NCBI GenBank assembly: GCA_044223005.1
Contig: JBGAML010000005.1
Location: forward strand, 128,001-192,000
Direction of reading: 5' to 3'
Length of the DNA stretch: 64,000 nt
Source: Candidatus Eiseniibacteriota bacterium
GTDB taxonomy: Bacteria; Eisenbacteria; RBG-16-71-46
Both the position numbers and the translations under genes were made by a program. Within the stretch, counting starts at the first letter, position 1. Every line of letters begins with the position of its first letter. The notes below the pieces were generated by a model that was given only the letters and a program-made list of their open reading frames with translations, searched no databases and was not told the DNA's origin. Shown piece by piece: positions 16,614-25,284 of the stretch.

Positions 16614-18803
16614 ATGCGCACGTCTCGCTCCGTTTCGCTGCTCGGCTTGTGGCTCACGGCTTCACTGCACGCGGCCTCCGCCGACGCCCAGGTGGTTCAG
16701 CAGGGTGGAGCGTTCGTGCCGCTTGCCGTGACGGGTTCCGGCATCGGCAGCGCGGTCGCGCTCTCGGCCGATGGCAACTCGCTCGTGATCGGGGCCCCGA
16801 CCTATTCGGCGAGCAATGGTCGCGTCTACGCCTACGGACGACGCGGCGGAGCATGGGCGTACCAGGATCTCTTCCTCGGCTCGGGCGCGGTCGGTGCGGC
16901 CGCGCAGGGTTCGGCCGTGGCGCTCTCGGCCGACGGCGCCACGGTCGCGGTCGGCGGACCGACGGACAGCAGCTCTGCGGGCGCGGTCTGGATCCTCACC
17001 CGCTCGGGCGGCAAGTTCGCCCAGCAGGGGCCCAAGCTGCGAGGCAGCGGCGGCAGCGGTGCCAGCCGGCAGGGCTTCAGCGTCGCGCTCTCCGCCGACG
17101 GCAACACGCTCGCGATCGGCGCACCGTACGACGCCGGGAACGTCGGCGCGGTCTGGGTGTTCGTCCGCAGCGGCAACAGCTGGACGCAGCAGGGATCCCG
17201 GCTCACCGCGACGGGCGAGGTGGGAGCGGGCGACCTCGGCTACTCGGTCGCACTCTCGGCCGACGGCAACACGCTGCTGGCCGGGGCGCCGACCGATGCC
17301 GCCGGCACGGGAGCGGCGTTCGTCTTCACGCGCAGCGGCAGCACCTGGACGCAGCAGGGCGCGAAGTTGGTCGGCACGGGACTCACCGCGGCGCCGCAGC
17401 GCGGCATCTCCGTGGCGCTCTCGGGCGATGGCCAGACCGCAGCCCTCGGCGCGAACTTCGACAACAGCGGCATCGGCGCCACGCTCGTCTTCACTCGCAG
17501 TGGCAACGCGTGGAGCCAGCAGGGCTCGCGACTCGTGGGAGCGGACGCGGTGGGTGGCAACGTCTGGCAGGGCATCTCGACCGCGCTTTCGGCCGACGGC
17601 AACACCTTGATCGTGGGTGGCCAGAACGACGACTCCTTCACGGGCGCCGCATGGGTCTTCACCCGCGTCGCGGGCACGTGGAGCCAGCTCGGCAGCAAGC
17701 TCGTCGGTTCGGGGAGTCCGATCGCGTCGCAGAATGGCATCTCCGTCGCGATCTCGTCGGACGGCCGCACGCTGGCCGAGGGCGCGTCATTCGCGAGCGC
17801 GACCGGCGCCGCATTCGTGTTCGTGCGCCCCGCACCCGCCATCGTGTCGGTCTCGGACGTGCCGCTCGACCAGGGCGGGCACGTGAGCATTCGCTGGACG
17901 GCCAGCGTGCTCGATGCGACGCCTTCGGACTCGGTCGACGCGTACGGCATCTGGCGCCAGCTGCCCGCGACGCTCGCCGCGCAGCGCCAGGCGACGGGAT
18001 CCCGAGTTCGCTCGACGGTGCAGGGCGCGCAGACCTACTTCTGGGAGTATCTCGGCAGCCAGCCCGCGCATGGCTTCGCGGCCTACAGCTACACGGCGCC
18101 GACGGCGTTCGATTCCACCGCGGCGGGCAACCCGCGCACGCTCTTCATGGTCGAGACGCAGCTGGACGCGCTCGGGCTCTACTTCCCGTCGGCGCCGGAT
18201 TCGGGCTACTCGGTCGACAACTTGCCGCCCGCCACGCCCGCGCCCGCCACGGGCGCCTACGCCGCGGGCGCCACGCAGCTCCTCTGGAGTCCGAACGGCG
18301 AATCCGATCTCGCGGGCTATCGCGTCTATCGCGGCGGTTCGCCGGCGTTCACGATCGGGCCGGCGACGCTCGTCGCGCAGGTCGGGACGGCCACGACCAG
18401 CTACCACGACGCACCGGGCACGGTCGCGATCTACAAGCTGACGGCGCTCGATGCGCACGGCAACGAATCGGCCGCGGCGACGATCGTCCCCGCGGGCACG
18501 GCCGGCGTCGAGCCCCGCGTGCCCGCAGCGCTGGCGCTCGCGGCGCCGACACCAAACCCGGCCTCGCGAGGCGCGCGCATCGAGTTCGCGCTCCCGCACG
18601 CGGGACGGATCACGCTCGCCATCTACGACACGGACGGACGGCGCGTGCGCACGCTCGCCGACGGCGAGCGCGCCGCGGGCCCCGGCGTCGCCGAGTGGGA
18701 CCTGCGCGACGACGCGGGCCGTCGCGTGGCGCCGGCGGTCTACTTCGTGCGGCTCGCGGCCGAGGGCCGCGTGTCGACGCGCCGGCTGGTGACACTGGAG
18801 TAA
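16614..18803 (+). CDS. Secreted FG-GAP-like repeat beta-propeller protein with FN3-like and C-terminal FlgD-Ig/CTD domain
   Basis: Signal peptide; ~7 repeats GxSVALSADGNTLxxGAP...GAxWVFxRSGxxWxQQG; tail PNP...YDTDGRRVRTL...WDLRDDAG...VYFVRL. Confidence 0.88.
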   Translation: MRTSRSVSLLGLWLTASLHAASADAQVVQQGGAFVPLAVTGSGIGSAVALSADGNSLVIGAPTYSASNGRVYAYGRRGGAWAYQDLFLGSGAVGAAAQGSAVALSADGATVAVGGPTDSSSAGAVWILTRSGGKFAQQGPKLRGSGGSGASRQGFSVALSADGNTLAIGAPYDAGNVGAVWVFVRSGNSWTQQGSRLTATGEVGAGDLGYSVALSADGNTLLAGAPTDAAGTGAAFVFTRSGSTWTQQGAKLVGTGLTAAPQRGISVALSGDGQTAALGANFDNSGIGATLVFTRSGNAWSQQGSRLVGADAVGGNVWQGISTALSADGNTLIVGGQNDDSFTGAAWVFTRVAGTWSQLGSKLVGSGSPIASQNGISVAISSDGRTLAEGASFASATGAAFVFVRPAPAIVSVSDVPLDQGGHVSIRWTASVLDATPSDSVDAYGIWRQLPATLAAQRQATGSRVRSTVQGAQTYFWEYLGSQPAHGFAAYSYTAPTAFDSTAAGNPRTLFMVETQLDALGLYFPSAPDSGYSVDNLPPATPAPATGAYAAGATQLLWSPNGESDLAGYRVYRGGSPAFTIGPATLVAQVGTATTSYHDAPGTVAIYKLTALDAHGNESAAATIVPAGTAGVEPRVPAALALAAPTPNPASRGARIEFALPHAGRITLAIYDTDGRRVRTLADGERAAGPGVAEWDLRDDAGRRVAPAVYFVRLAAEGRVSTRRLVTLE

Positions 18804-18853
18804 CCGAGAAGGCCGCGCTGCTGCACACCTGGCCGCCGCAAGAGGACGAGTCG

Positions 18854-19198
18854 ATGAGCGACGCTGCGAAGGCGCCGGAGACGCAGGGCATCACGGTGGA
18901 GTTGCTGGGCACGGTCGACCTGGGTCCCGAGATCGAAGGGATGGCGGGCCGCGAACTGCGGATGCGCAAGGTCACGATGGCGCCGGGCGCAGTGTTCGGC
19001 CCGCTGCACGATCACAGGGACCGACCCGGCATCGTCTTCATCCTGCAGGGCACGATCACCGATATCCGCGGCGGGGTCGTGACCGAGTATGGTCCGGGCC
19101 TGGGCTGGCCGGAGGACCACCAGACGCTCCACTGGCTCGAGAACCGCGGCACGATGCCGGCAGTCGAGATCTCGGTCGACATCGTCCGCAAACGCTGA
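18854..19198 (+). CDS. Cupin domain protein
   Basis: LRMRKVTMAPG...LHDH...FILQG...HWLENRG cupin motifs; GAGGA RBS. Confidence 0.85.
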   Translation: MSDAAKAPETQGITVELLGTVDLGPEIEGMAGRELRMRKVTMAPGAVFGPLHDHRDRPGIVFILQGTITDIRGGVVTEYGPGLGWPEDHQTLHWLENRGTMPAVEISVDIVRKR

Positions 19199-19218
19199 CG
19201 CGCCGGGCGCCGGCGTGA

Positions 19219-20130
19219 CTAGGGCGCCTCATCCCGCCGCAGCCGCCCCGACACGCGCTCGCCCTCGCGCTCGATCAGCTCGTCGGTGACGCGGGCGTAG
19301 CGCATCGTGGTCGCGAGGTCGCGGTGCCCGAGCACCTGCTGCAGCACGGCGAGGTTGCCGCCCGCGGCGAGCCAGCGCATCGCGAACGTGTGCCGGCAGC
19401 GGTGGACGTGGAAGTCGGCGATGCCGGTGTGGTGCCGGATCATGCGCGAGAACGATCCGGGACTGCCGGCGGCGTAGGGGACCAGCCGGTGGCCCATGCG
19501 CTCGATCTCGGCGCGCAACTCGGGCGCGAGCGGCACGCGTCGCAGCCGCCCGGACTTGGTGTGCGCCACCTCGAGCAAGCTGCCGCGGACGTCGACGCGC
19601 GTGGCGCGACAGGCTTCCGCCCAGCGCAGCCCGGTGCCGATCAGCAGCCGCAGCACGAACCCGGGCAGGCCGGGCAGGGAAGTCAGGCGAGCCACCTCCA
19701 GTTCGCCCAGGCCCCGCGGCGCGATCTCCGGGATCCGCGGCATCACGCGCGGCGGAAACGGCGAGCGCTCGAGCAGGCCCTCGCTCACGGCCCAGCGCAG
19801 AAGGCAGCGCAGGTCGCTCAGCACGTGCGTCGCGGTGTGCGGGCTCAGCTGCCACTCGTGCTCGAGCGCGAGGCGGAGTTCGCGGATCCCGTCGCCGCTG
19901 ATCGTGCCGATCGGCACGTCGCCGAAGTGGACGAGCGTGTAACGGATCAGCCGTGTGCACGCGAGCCGCTGCCCCTTGGCGTTGCGCGTGGTCGCAACGT
20001 AACTCGCGAGCCAGCGCCGGGCGGCGTCGACGAGCGACATCGCGCCGGGCGGCGGGGCGCCGGGCGGGATCGGCGCGGGCGCAGGCTCGAGCGGCCGCCG
20101 GACCGGAAGTCGGCGGTGACGGTGACGCAT
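19219..20130 (-). CDS. Tyrosine recombinase, paralog of the island integrase lacking the arm-binding domain
   Basis: GTGLRWAE, HTKS, HRCRHTFA, VLGH, MRYA all intact; collinear with 13071..14090; GGAGG RBS before ATG 20130. Confidence 0.92.
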   Translation of the reverse strand: MRHRHRRLPVRRPLEPAPAPIPPGAPPPGAMSLVDAARRWLASYVATTRNAKGQRLACTRLIRYTLVHFGDVPIGTISGDGIRELRLALEHEWQLSPHTATHVLSDLRCLLRWAVSEGLLERSPFPPRVMPRIPEIAPRGLGELEVARLTSLPGLPGFVLRLLIGTGLRWAEACRATRVDVRGSLLEVAHTKSGRLRRVPLAPELRAEIERMGHRLVPYAAGSPGSFSRMIRHHTGIADFHVHRCRHTFAMRWLAAGGNLAVLQQVLGHRDLATTMRYARVTDELIEREGERVSGRLRRDEAP

Positions 20131-20217
20131 GCGGACACCTCCGGAAACGTCGTGGGCGGGGCGCGTGGAGTTCGGGGCTGTCGCGGCGCACGGAGTGCGG
20201 GACGAGTTCTCCGCACC

Positions 20218-20233
20218 TGCAATCGCCGCGCCG
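20218..20233 (-). promoter_or_regulatory. Sigma54-type -24/-12 promoter for the orphan recombinase
   Basis: Minus strand CGGCGCGGCGATTGCA has GG and TTGC at the exact consensus spacing, ~90 nt upstream of the start. Confidence 0.55.
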
Positions 20234-20355
20234 GACGCCGACCGGCGCCCGCCGATCCACCCTGCACCCCGGGCGAGCCGCGTGCGATCATGCGGCGCCG
20301 CGATCGCCGAGGCGTCGGGCGCGTTCCCACCCCCATCCTCAGGAGCGACATCACC

Positions 20356-20730
20356 ATGGCCGACGACGAGAAGCTGGTCCTCAGGATCCGCACGCTGACC
20401 GCGGACGAGCGCGGCGTGACCGAGAAGCGCATGTTCGGCGGGACGGCGTTCCTGCTGGACGGCAAGATGTTCGTGGGCACCGCGCGCGGCGAACTGCTCG
20501 TGCGCGTGGGACCCGAGGCGCACGAGGCCGCGCTCGCCGAACCGGGCGTGCGCGTCATGGACTTCACGGGCAAGCCGATGAAGGGCTACGTGTTCGTCTC
20601 GCCCAAGGTGCTCGGCACGGCCGCGGCGCTCCGCAAATGGATCCGCCGCGCGCTCACGTTCGTCGCCACGGTCGAGAAGACGCCCCGCAAGCGGGCGGCG
20701 AAGAAGCGGCCGGCGCGCCGGCCCGCTTGA
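20356..20730 (+). CDS. TfoX/Sxy N-terminal domain protein
   Basis: EKRMFGGTAFLLDGKM...LLVRVG...GKPMKGYVFV...WIRRA. Confidence 0.88.
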   Translation: MADDEKLVLRIRTLTADERGVTEKRMFGGTAFLLDGKMFVGTARGELLVRVGPEAHEAALAEPGVRVMDFTGKPMKGYVFVSPKVLGTAAALRKWIRRALTFVATVEKTPRKRAAKKRPARRPA

Positions 20731-21022
20731 CCGCACCGGCGCTTCACTCCGGCGGGAGAATCGGGACGGCGAAGCCCGCCGGAACCGGGAGAGAGGACCA
20801 CTCCGAGATGGCGGCCCCCGTCGCCGAGGAGTAGCGTCGCCGTCGCGGAGAAGCACACGTCTTCTCCCCGCCACGACATTCGCGCCGCGACACCCGGGTG
20901 AACTCGCCCCGCGGGCGCGCCATCGGGTGGCGGCGATCGAGCCGCCATGCGGAGTCCCGGGCGCAGGCGACATGCCGGCGGTCCACCGTCGGGTGCGGCC
21001 GCCGTGCGTGGAGTCAACGGCC

Positions 21023-22552
21023 ATGCGCGTCCCCTTCACTCGCGCCGGCGTCGCGTTGCTCCTGGTGCTCACGTGCGCGCCCCCCGCTCACGCCGTGTTC
21101 GACCTCGGGTTCGGCACACCGGCACCGAGCCTCTCACCCGCGGCGCTCTACCCGACCGATTCACTGTCCGCCACCGTCACCGCGTACAACAGCGGACCCT
21201 CGGCGATCACCACCAGCTTCCGGATCGGGCTCTACCTGGAGCGCGGCACCACCGCCACGTTGATCGGCGAGCGTGTCGTCACCGCGAGCACGCTCGCCCC
21301 GTTCGCGAGCCACACGTCGCGGACGGTCACCGTGACGGGCATGATCCCGTACGGTGCGATCGCCGGCACCGCCGACGTCGGCGTCGTGCTCGACAACCAC
21401 GACGTACTCGCCGAGATCGACGAGACGAACAATCTCTGGCTCTCGACCGTGATCATCCTGACGGGCGCCGACCTGCGCATCACCACGCCGCCGACGGTGC
21501 TCTCCAGTTCGACGACGAGCACGGGGCAGCAGGTGCAGCTGTCGAGTTTCACCATCACCAACGTCGGCAGCGCGAGCACGGCCGCGACGATCACCGGCTT
21601 CTGCTTCACGGCCTGCATCGGGAGCCCGTGCATGATGCCGCTGCCGACGCAGTGGGACGGCATTCCCGCGCTGGCCCGGGGCGCGAGCTACGTGCATCCG
21701 GCGGTGTCGGTCGCGATTCCGCGCGACGAGGACATGCTGGGGCTCTGGCGGATGTGGCTCAATCTCGATCCCATGAACGACGTCGCGGAATACGTCGAGA
21801 ACAACAACCGCTGGGCGGCCGACTTCACCATGGTCCCGACGCTGCTCGACAACCAGGACGGCACCATCACCGACATGAACACGCACCTGATGTGGATGCA
21901 GGACGCCAACCACGCGGGTGCGGCGATGACCTGGGCGCAGGCGGTCGTGTGGGCCGCGAACCTCGTCTACGCGGGCTACGACGACTGGCGGCTGCCCTCG
22001 GGGCGCAATCCCGGCGGCAGCGTGTGCGACTCGCGCATCTCCGGCTACGACTGCCCGAACACGGAGTTCGCCGCGCTCTACTTCGGCTGGGGAATCCACT
22101 GGAACGCGATGGGACCGTTCACGCACGTCCAGTACCGCAACTACTGGACCGCCACGGCGTGGCCGACGGATCCCTCGCACGCGATGGTGCAGGACTTCGA
22201 CGACGGCGGCCAGAACGACCTCGCGGCAGCGTCGACCGCATGGGCGTGGGCCGTACGCCGGACGGGCACGGTCGACGTGGGTCGCGAGCCGCCCACCTGC
22301 TCGCGAATCGTGGGCGTGTTCCCGAACCCGGCGCGGTCGCGGGCCACGATCCGCTTCGAACTGGCCGGCGCGGAAGCGGGCGAGTTGGGCGTCTACGACC
22401 TCGCCGGCCGCTGCGTCCAGCGCGTGCCGCTCGCCGGACTCTCGCCGGGCCCGCACGAGGTGACGTGGACGACCGCCGGACGCTCGCCGGGCCTCTACTG
22501 GTGCCGGCTCGGCGTGGCGACGGCGACGACCCGGATCCTCGTCCTGCGCTGA
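21023..22552 (+). CDS. Secreted CARDB x2 + DUF1566 (Lcl C-terminal) protein with CTD-like tail
   Basis: Signal peptide; AEIDETNN and AEYVENNN CARDB ends; DNQDGTITD...LMWMQD...GYDDWRLP; FPNP...YDLAGR tail. Confidence 0.82.
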   Translation: MRVPFTRAGVALLLVLTCAPPAHAVFDLGFGTPAPSLSPAALYPTDSLSATVTAYNSGPSAITTSFRIGLYLERGTTATLIGERVVTASTLAPFASHTSRTVTVTGMIPYGAIAGTADVGVVLDNHDVLAEIDETNNLWLSTVIILTGADLRITTPPTVLSSSTTSTGQQVQLSSFTITNVGSASTAATITGFCFTACIGSPCMMPLPTQWDGIPALARGASYVHPAVSVAIPRDEDMLGLWRMWLNLDPMNDVAEYVENNNRWAADFTMVPTLLDNQDGTITDMNTHLMWMQDANHAGAAMTWAQAVVWAANLVYAGYDDWRLPSGRNPGGSVCDSRISGYDCPNTEFAALYFGWGIHWNAMGPFTHVQYRNYWTATAWPTDPSHAMVQDFDDGGQNDLAAASTAWAWAVRRTGTVDVGREPPTCSRIVGVFPNPARSRATIRFELAGAEAGELGVYDLAGRCVQRVPLAGLSPGPHEVTWTTAGRSPGLYWCRLGVATATTRILVLR

Positions 22553-22685
22553 CGTGCGATGGCCGCACGATCGGGGCGCCGCAGGCCACGCATCGCGTGA
22601 TAGCCTGCGGCGCCCTCGCCGTCCCGGCCAGAGGTTCCGGGAGCGGCAGGAACCGCCCTCGTGATCCTCGCCGTCGGAGTCCCGC

Positions 22686-23663
22686 ATGACCACGCACACG
22701 CTCACACCGACGCTCGCCACGCTGCACGGGCACTTCTCGCGCGAACTGCCGCCGGTGCTCCGGATCGCGGCGGGCGATCGGGTGCGCTTCCAGACGCTCG
22801 CGGTCAGCTGGGGCACGTACGACACGCCGGATCCGTTCGCGAAGACGCCCGAGTTCCCGGGGCGCGACCGCGACCGCGATCCGGGTCACGCGCTGGTCGG
22901 CCCGGTGTGGATCGACGGGGCGAAGCCGGGCATGACGCTCGATGTGCGCATCCTCACCGTGCGCACGGGACGCTGGGGCTTCGTCGTGGGCGGCGGCGGC
23001 CGGACGCGCGAGTGGGACCAGCGCGTCGGCATCGCCGAGGAGCCGGGCGTCGCGATGCACTTCGCGCTCGATCCGGACGCGAACACCGCGCGCGATGCGA
23101 CCGGGCTCGTGCTGCCGCTGCGGCCGTTCCCGGGCGTGCTCGGTATGCCGCCCGACCTGCCGGGGAGGCACCCGACGACTCCGCCGCGGCCGTGCGGCGG
23201 CAACATCGACTGCCGCGAACTGGTCGCGGGCAGCCGGCTCTTCCTCCCGGTCAGCGTCGAGGGCGCGCTGTTTTCCACGGGGGATGGCCACGCCCTGCAG
23301 GGGGATGGCGAAGTCGCGGGCCCGGCGCTCGAGTGCCCGATGGAGTGCATCGAGCTCGAGTTCCACCTTCACGAAACCCCGCAACTCGCTTGGCCACGGG
23401 CGGAAACGCCGGCGGGCTGGATCACGATGGGGTTCGCGGACGACCTCGAGGAGGCGACCCGGATCGCGCTCTCGGAGATGCTCGACTTCCTCGCCGCTGA
23501 ACTGGGGACGAGCCGCTCGGCGGCGATGGCCTACGCCTCGATGCTCGTGAGCCTGCGCGTGACGCAGATCGTCAACGGCGTCCGCGGCGTGCACGCGCTG
23601 ATCACGCACGCGTCGCTCGCCGCGCTCGAGCGACGCGGAACCCCGCCGCCGTCGCGGGGGTAG
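22686..23663 (+). CDS. Acetamidase/formamidase family protein
   Basis: GHALVGPVWIDGAKPG, GGNIDC, FSTGDGHALQGDGEV, ALE, VTQIVNG. Confidence 0.92.
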   Translation: MTTHTLTPTLATLHGHFSRELPPVLRIAAGDRVRFQTLAVSWGTYDTPDPFAKTPEFPGRDRDRDPGHALVGPVWIDGAKPGMTLDVRILTVRTGRWGFVVGGGGRTREWDQRVGIAEEPGVAMHFALDPDANTARDATGLVLPLRPFPGVLGMPPDLPGRHPTTPPRPCGGNIDCRELVAGSRLFLPVSVEGALFSTGDGHALQGDGEVAGPALECPMECIELEFHLHETPQLAWPRAETPAGWITMGFADDLEEATRIALSEMLDFLAAELGTSRSAAMAYASMLVSLRVTQIVNGVRGVHALITHASLAALERRGTPPPSRG

Positions 23664-23671
23664 TGCGGCGC

Positions 23672-24424
23672 ATGCGTCCGGTGCCGCCCCGCATGCTGCG
23701 CGCGCTCGTGGCCGCGAGCGCGCTGTTCGCCGTGCTCGCGGGCTCCCGCGACGCGGGTGCGGTGGACCTGCGGCCCGTGCGGGTGCGCGCCGACAGCGCC
23801 GCAGCCGCGAGCCGCGACTCGCTGCGCCGCGTGCCGGTGCCAGGGTGGACGTTCACCTGGTTCGACTCGGTCACGTTCGAGGCCTCGAGCGAGACGGGCT
23901 ACGAACCCAAGCCGCTCGGGCCCGAGATGATGCCCGAAGACTGGGAGCCCGCGAGCCGCGCGCTCGAGCGCTTCGTGTTCGGCCACCCGGAGGTCTTCCG
24001 GCTCGATCGGCGCGCGGACGCGTTCGCGATCGAGCGCACGTACCGCGCCGCGGGCGGCGACCTGCTCTTCCAGGCGCACCACGTGCACCAGCAACTGCAC
24101 GTGGACGAACCGCCGCTGGTGGGGGCGATCGACGACGGCGACACGCTCATCTACCTGCGCGGCGCGCTGATCCCCGGCCTGCGCGTGGCCCGCGTGCCGG
24201 GCGACGGCTTCGCGGCGGCCGATGTCGCCGAGGCGGCACACCCGGGGTGCGTCCGCGGCGCGTTCCGCCTGCTTGGCCAGTACGCGACGCGGCGGGACGG
24301 CGGCGATCACGCGGTCTGGCGCGTCGACGTCTACCTCGGCGGCTTCGAGGGCGTCTACGTGGACGTCGATGCGCGCACGCTCGCGATCGTGAGCGAGCAG
24401 CCGCACGTGACCGAGGAACGCTGA
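23672..24424 (+). CDS. Secreted hypothetical protein resembling a stand-alone FTP/PepSY-like propeptide
   Basis: Signal peptide; C-terminal AVWRVDV...VYVDVDARTLAIV is PepSY-like; no catalytic domain follows. Confidence 0.55.
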   Translation: MRPVPPRMLRALVAASALFAVLAGSRDAGAVDLRPVRVRADSAAAASRDSLRRVPVPGWTFTWFDSVTFEASSETGYEPKPLGPEMMPEDWEPASRALERFVFGHPEVFRLDRRADAFAIERTYRAAGGDLLFQAHHVHQQLHVDEPPLVGAIDDGDTLIYLRGALIPGLRVARVPGDGFAAADVAEAAHPGCVRGAFRLLGQYATRRDGGDHAVWRVDVYLGGFEGVYVDVDARTLAIVSEQPHVTEER

Positions 24425-24552
24425 GCCGCGAGGGCACGCACGGGGATGCTATGCTGCGCGCGCTCCCCCCGAGACGTCCGAACCCGGCCCCACCCGCAGG
24501 TGGCGATTCCGCGGCCGGTGACCCGCCCCACACTTCCTTCGGAGGCAGCCCC

Positions 24553-25236
24553 ATGTCGCACCCGATTCGCCGTTCCCTGCGCACCGCCGTGACCGCGCTC
24601 GTCGTCCTCGCGAGTCTCTCCGGCTGCGCCGCGATGAACGCCAAGACCAAGGGCGCGCTGATCGGCGCGACCGCCGGCGCGGGCGCCGGCGCCGTGATCG
24701 GCAACCAGACGGGCTCGACCACGCGCGGCGCGATCATCGGCGCCGTGGTCGGTGGCGCCGCGGGCGCCATCATCGGCCACCAGATGGACCAGCAGGCCAA
24801 GGAACTCGAGCAGAACATCCCCGGCGCGCGCGTCCAGCGCGTGGGCGAGGGGATCGCGGTGATGTTCGATTCGGGCCTGCTGTTCGACGTCAACTCCGAC
24901 GTCATCAAGGGCGATGCGAAGTCGAACCTCGATGCGCTCGCCGCGAGCCTCGCCAAGTACCCGAACTCCGACCTGATGATCGTCGGCCACACGGACTCGA
25001 CGGGCACCGACGCGTACAACCTCAAGCTCTCCAAGCGCCGCGCGGCGGCCGCGAGCGACTACCTGCGCCTGCACGGCGTGAACCGCGGCATCAAGGCGCT
25101 GGGACGCGGCGAGACCGAGCCGATCGCGGACAACGCCACGGACGACGGCCGGCAGCAGAACCGCCGCGTCGAGGTCGCGATCTACGCGAGCGACAAGATG
25201 CGCGCGCTGGCCGAGAAGGAAGCCGCGGCCAACTAG
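24553..25236 (+). CDS. OmpA-family lipoprotein with glycine zipper (YiaD-like)
   Basis: Lipobox LSGC; GALIGA...GAIIGA; GHTDSTG, LSKRRA, NRRVEV. Confidence 0.93.
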   Translation: MSHPIRRSLRTAVTALVVLASLSGCAAMNAKTKGALIGATAGAGAGAVIGNQTGSTTRGAIIGAVVGGAAGAIIGHQMDQQAKELEQNIPGARVQRVGEGIAVMFDSGLLFDVNSDVIKGDAKSNLDALAASLAKYPNSDLMIVGHTDSTGTDAYNLKLSKRRAAAASDYLRLHGVNRGIKALGRGETEPIADNATDDGRQQNRRVEVAIYASDKMRALAEKEAAAN

Positions 25237-25258
25237 GTTCTGTCCGAAAATGCCGCGG

Positions 25259-25280
25259 GGCGGCGGCGCGAGCCGCCGCC
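25259..25280. terminator. Hairpin between convergent genes
   Basis: GGCGGCGGC-GCGA-GCCGCCGCC (GNRA loop). Confidence 0.55.
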
Positions 25281-25284
25281 TCGT

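Noticed and set aside
16403..19198. 931-aa ORF and similar upstream-extended ORFs (55722..58733, 50662..52758, 23845..25236) as fusion proteins
   Set aside because: The extensions overlap better-supported genes in another frame; real starts with RBS or recognisable domain boundaries lie downstream.
19219..20130. Housekeeping XerC/XerD
   Set aside because: It lacks typical Xer motifs (e.g. GKG.KER, HxLRHSFATH) and is far more similar to the neighbouring island integrase.
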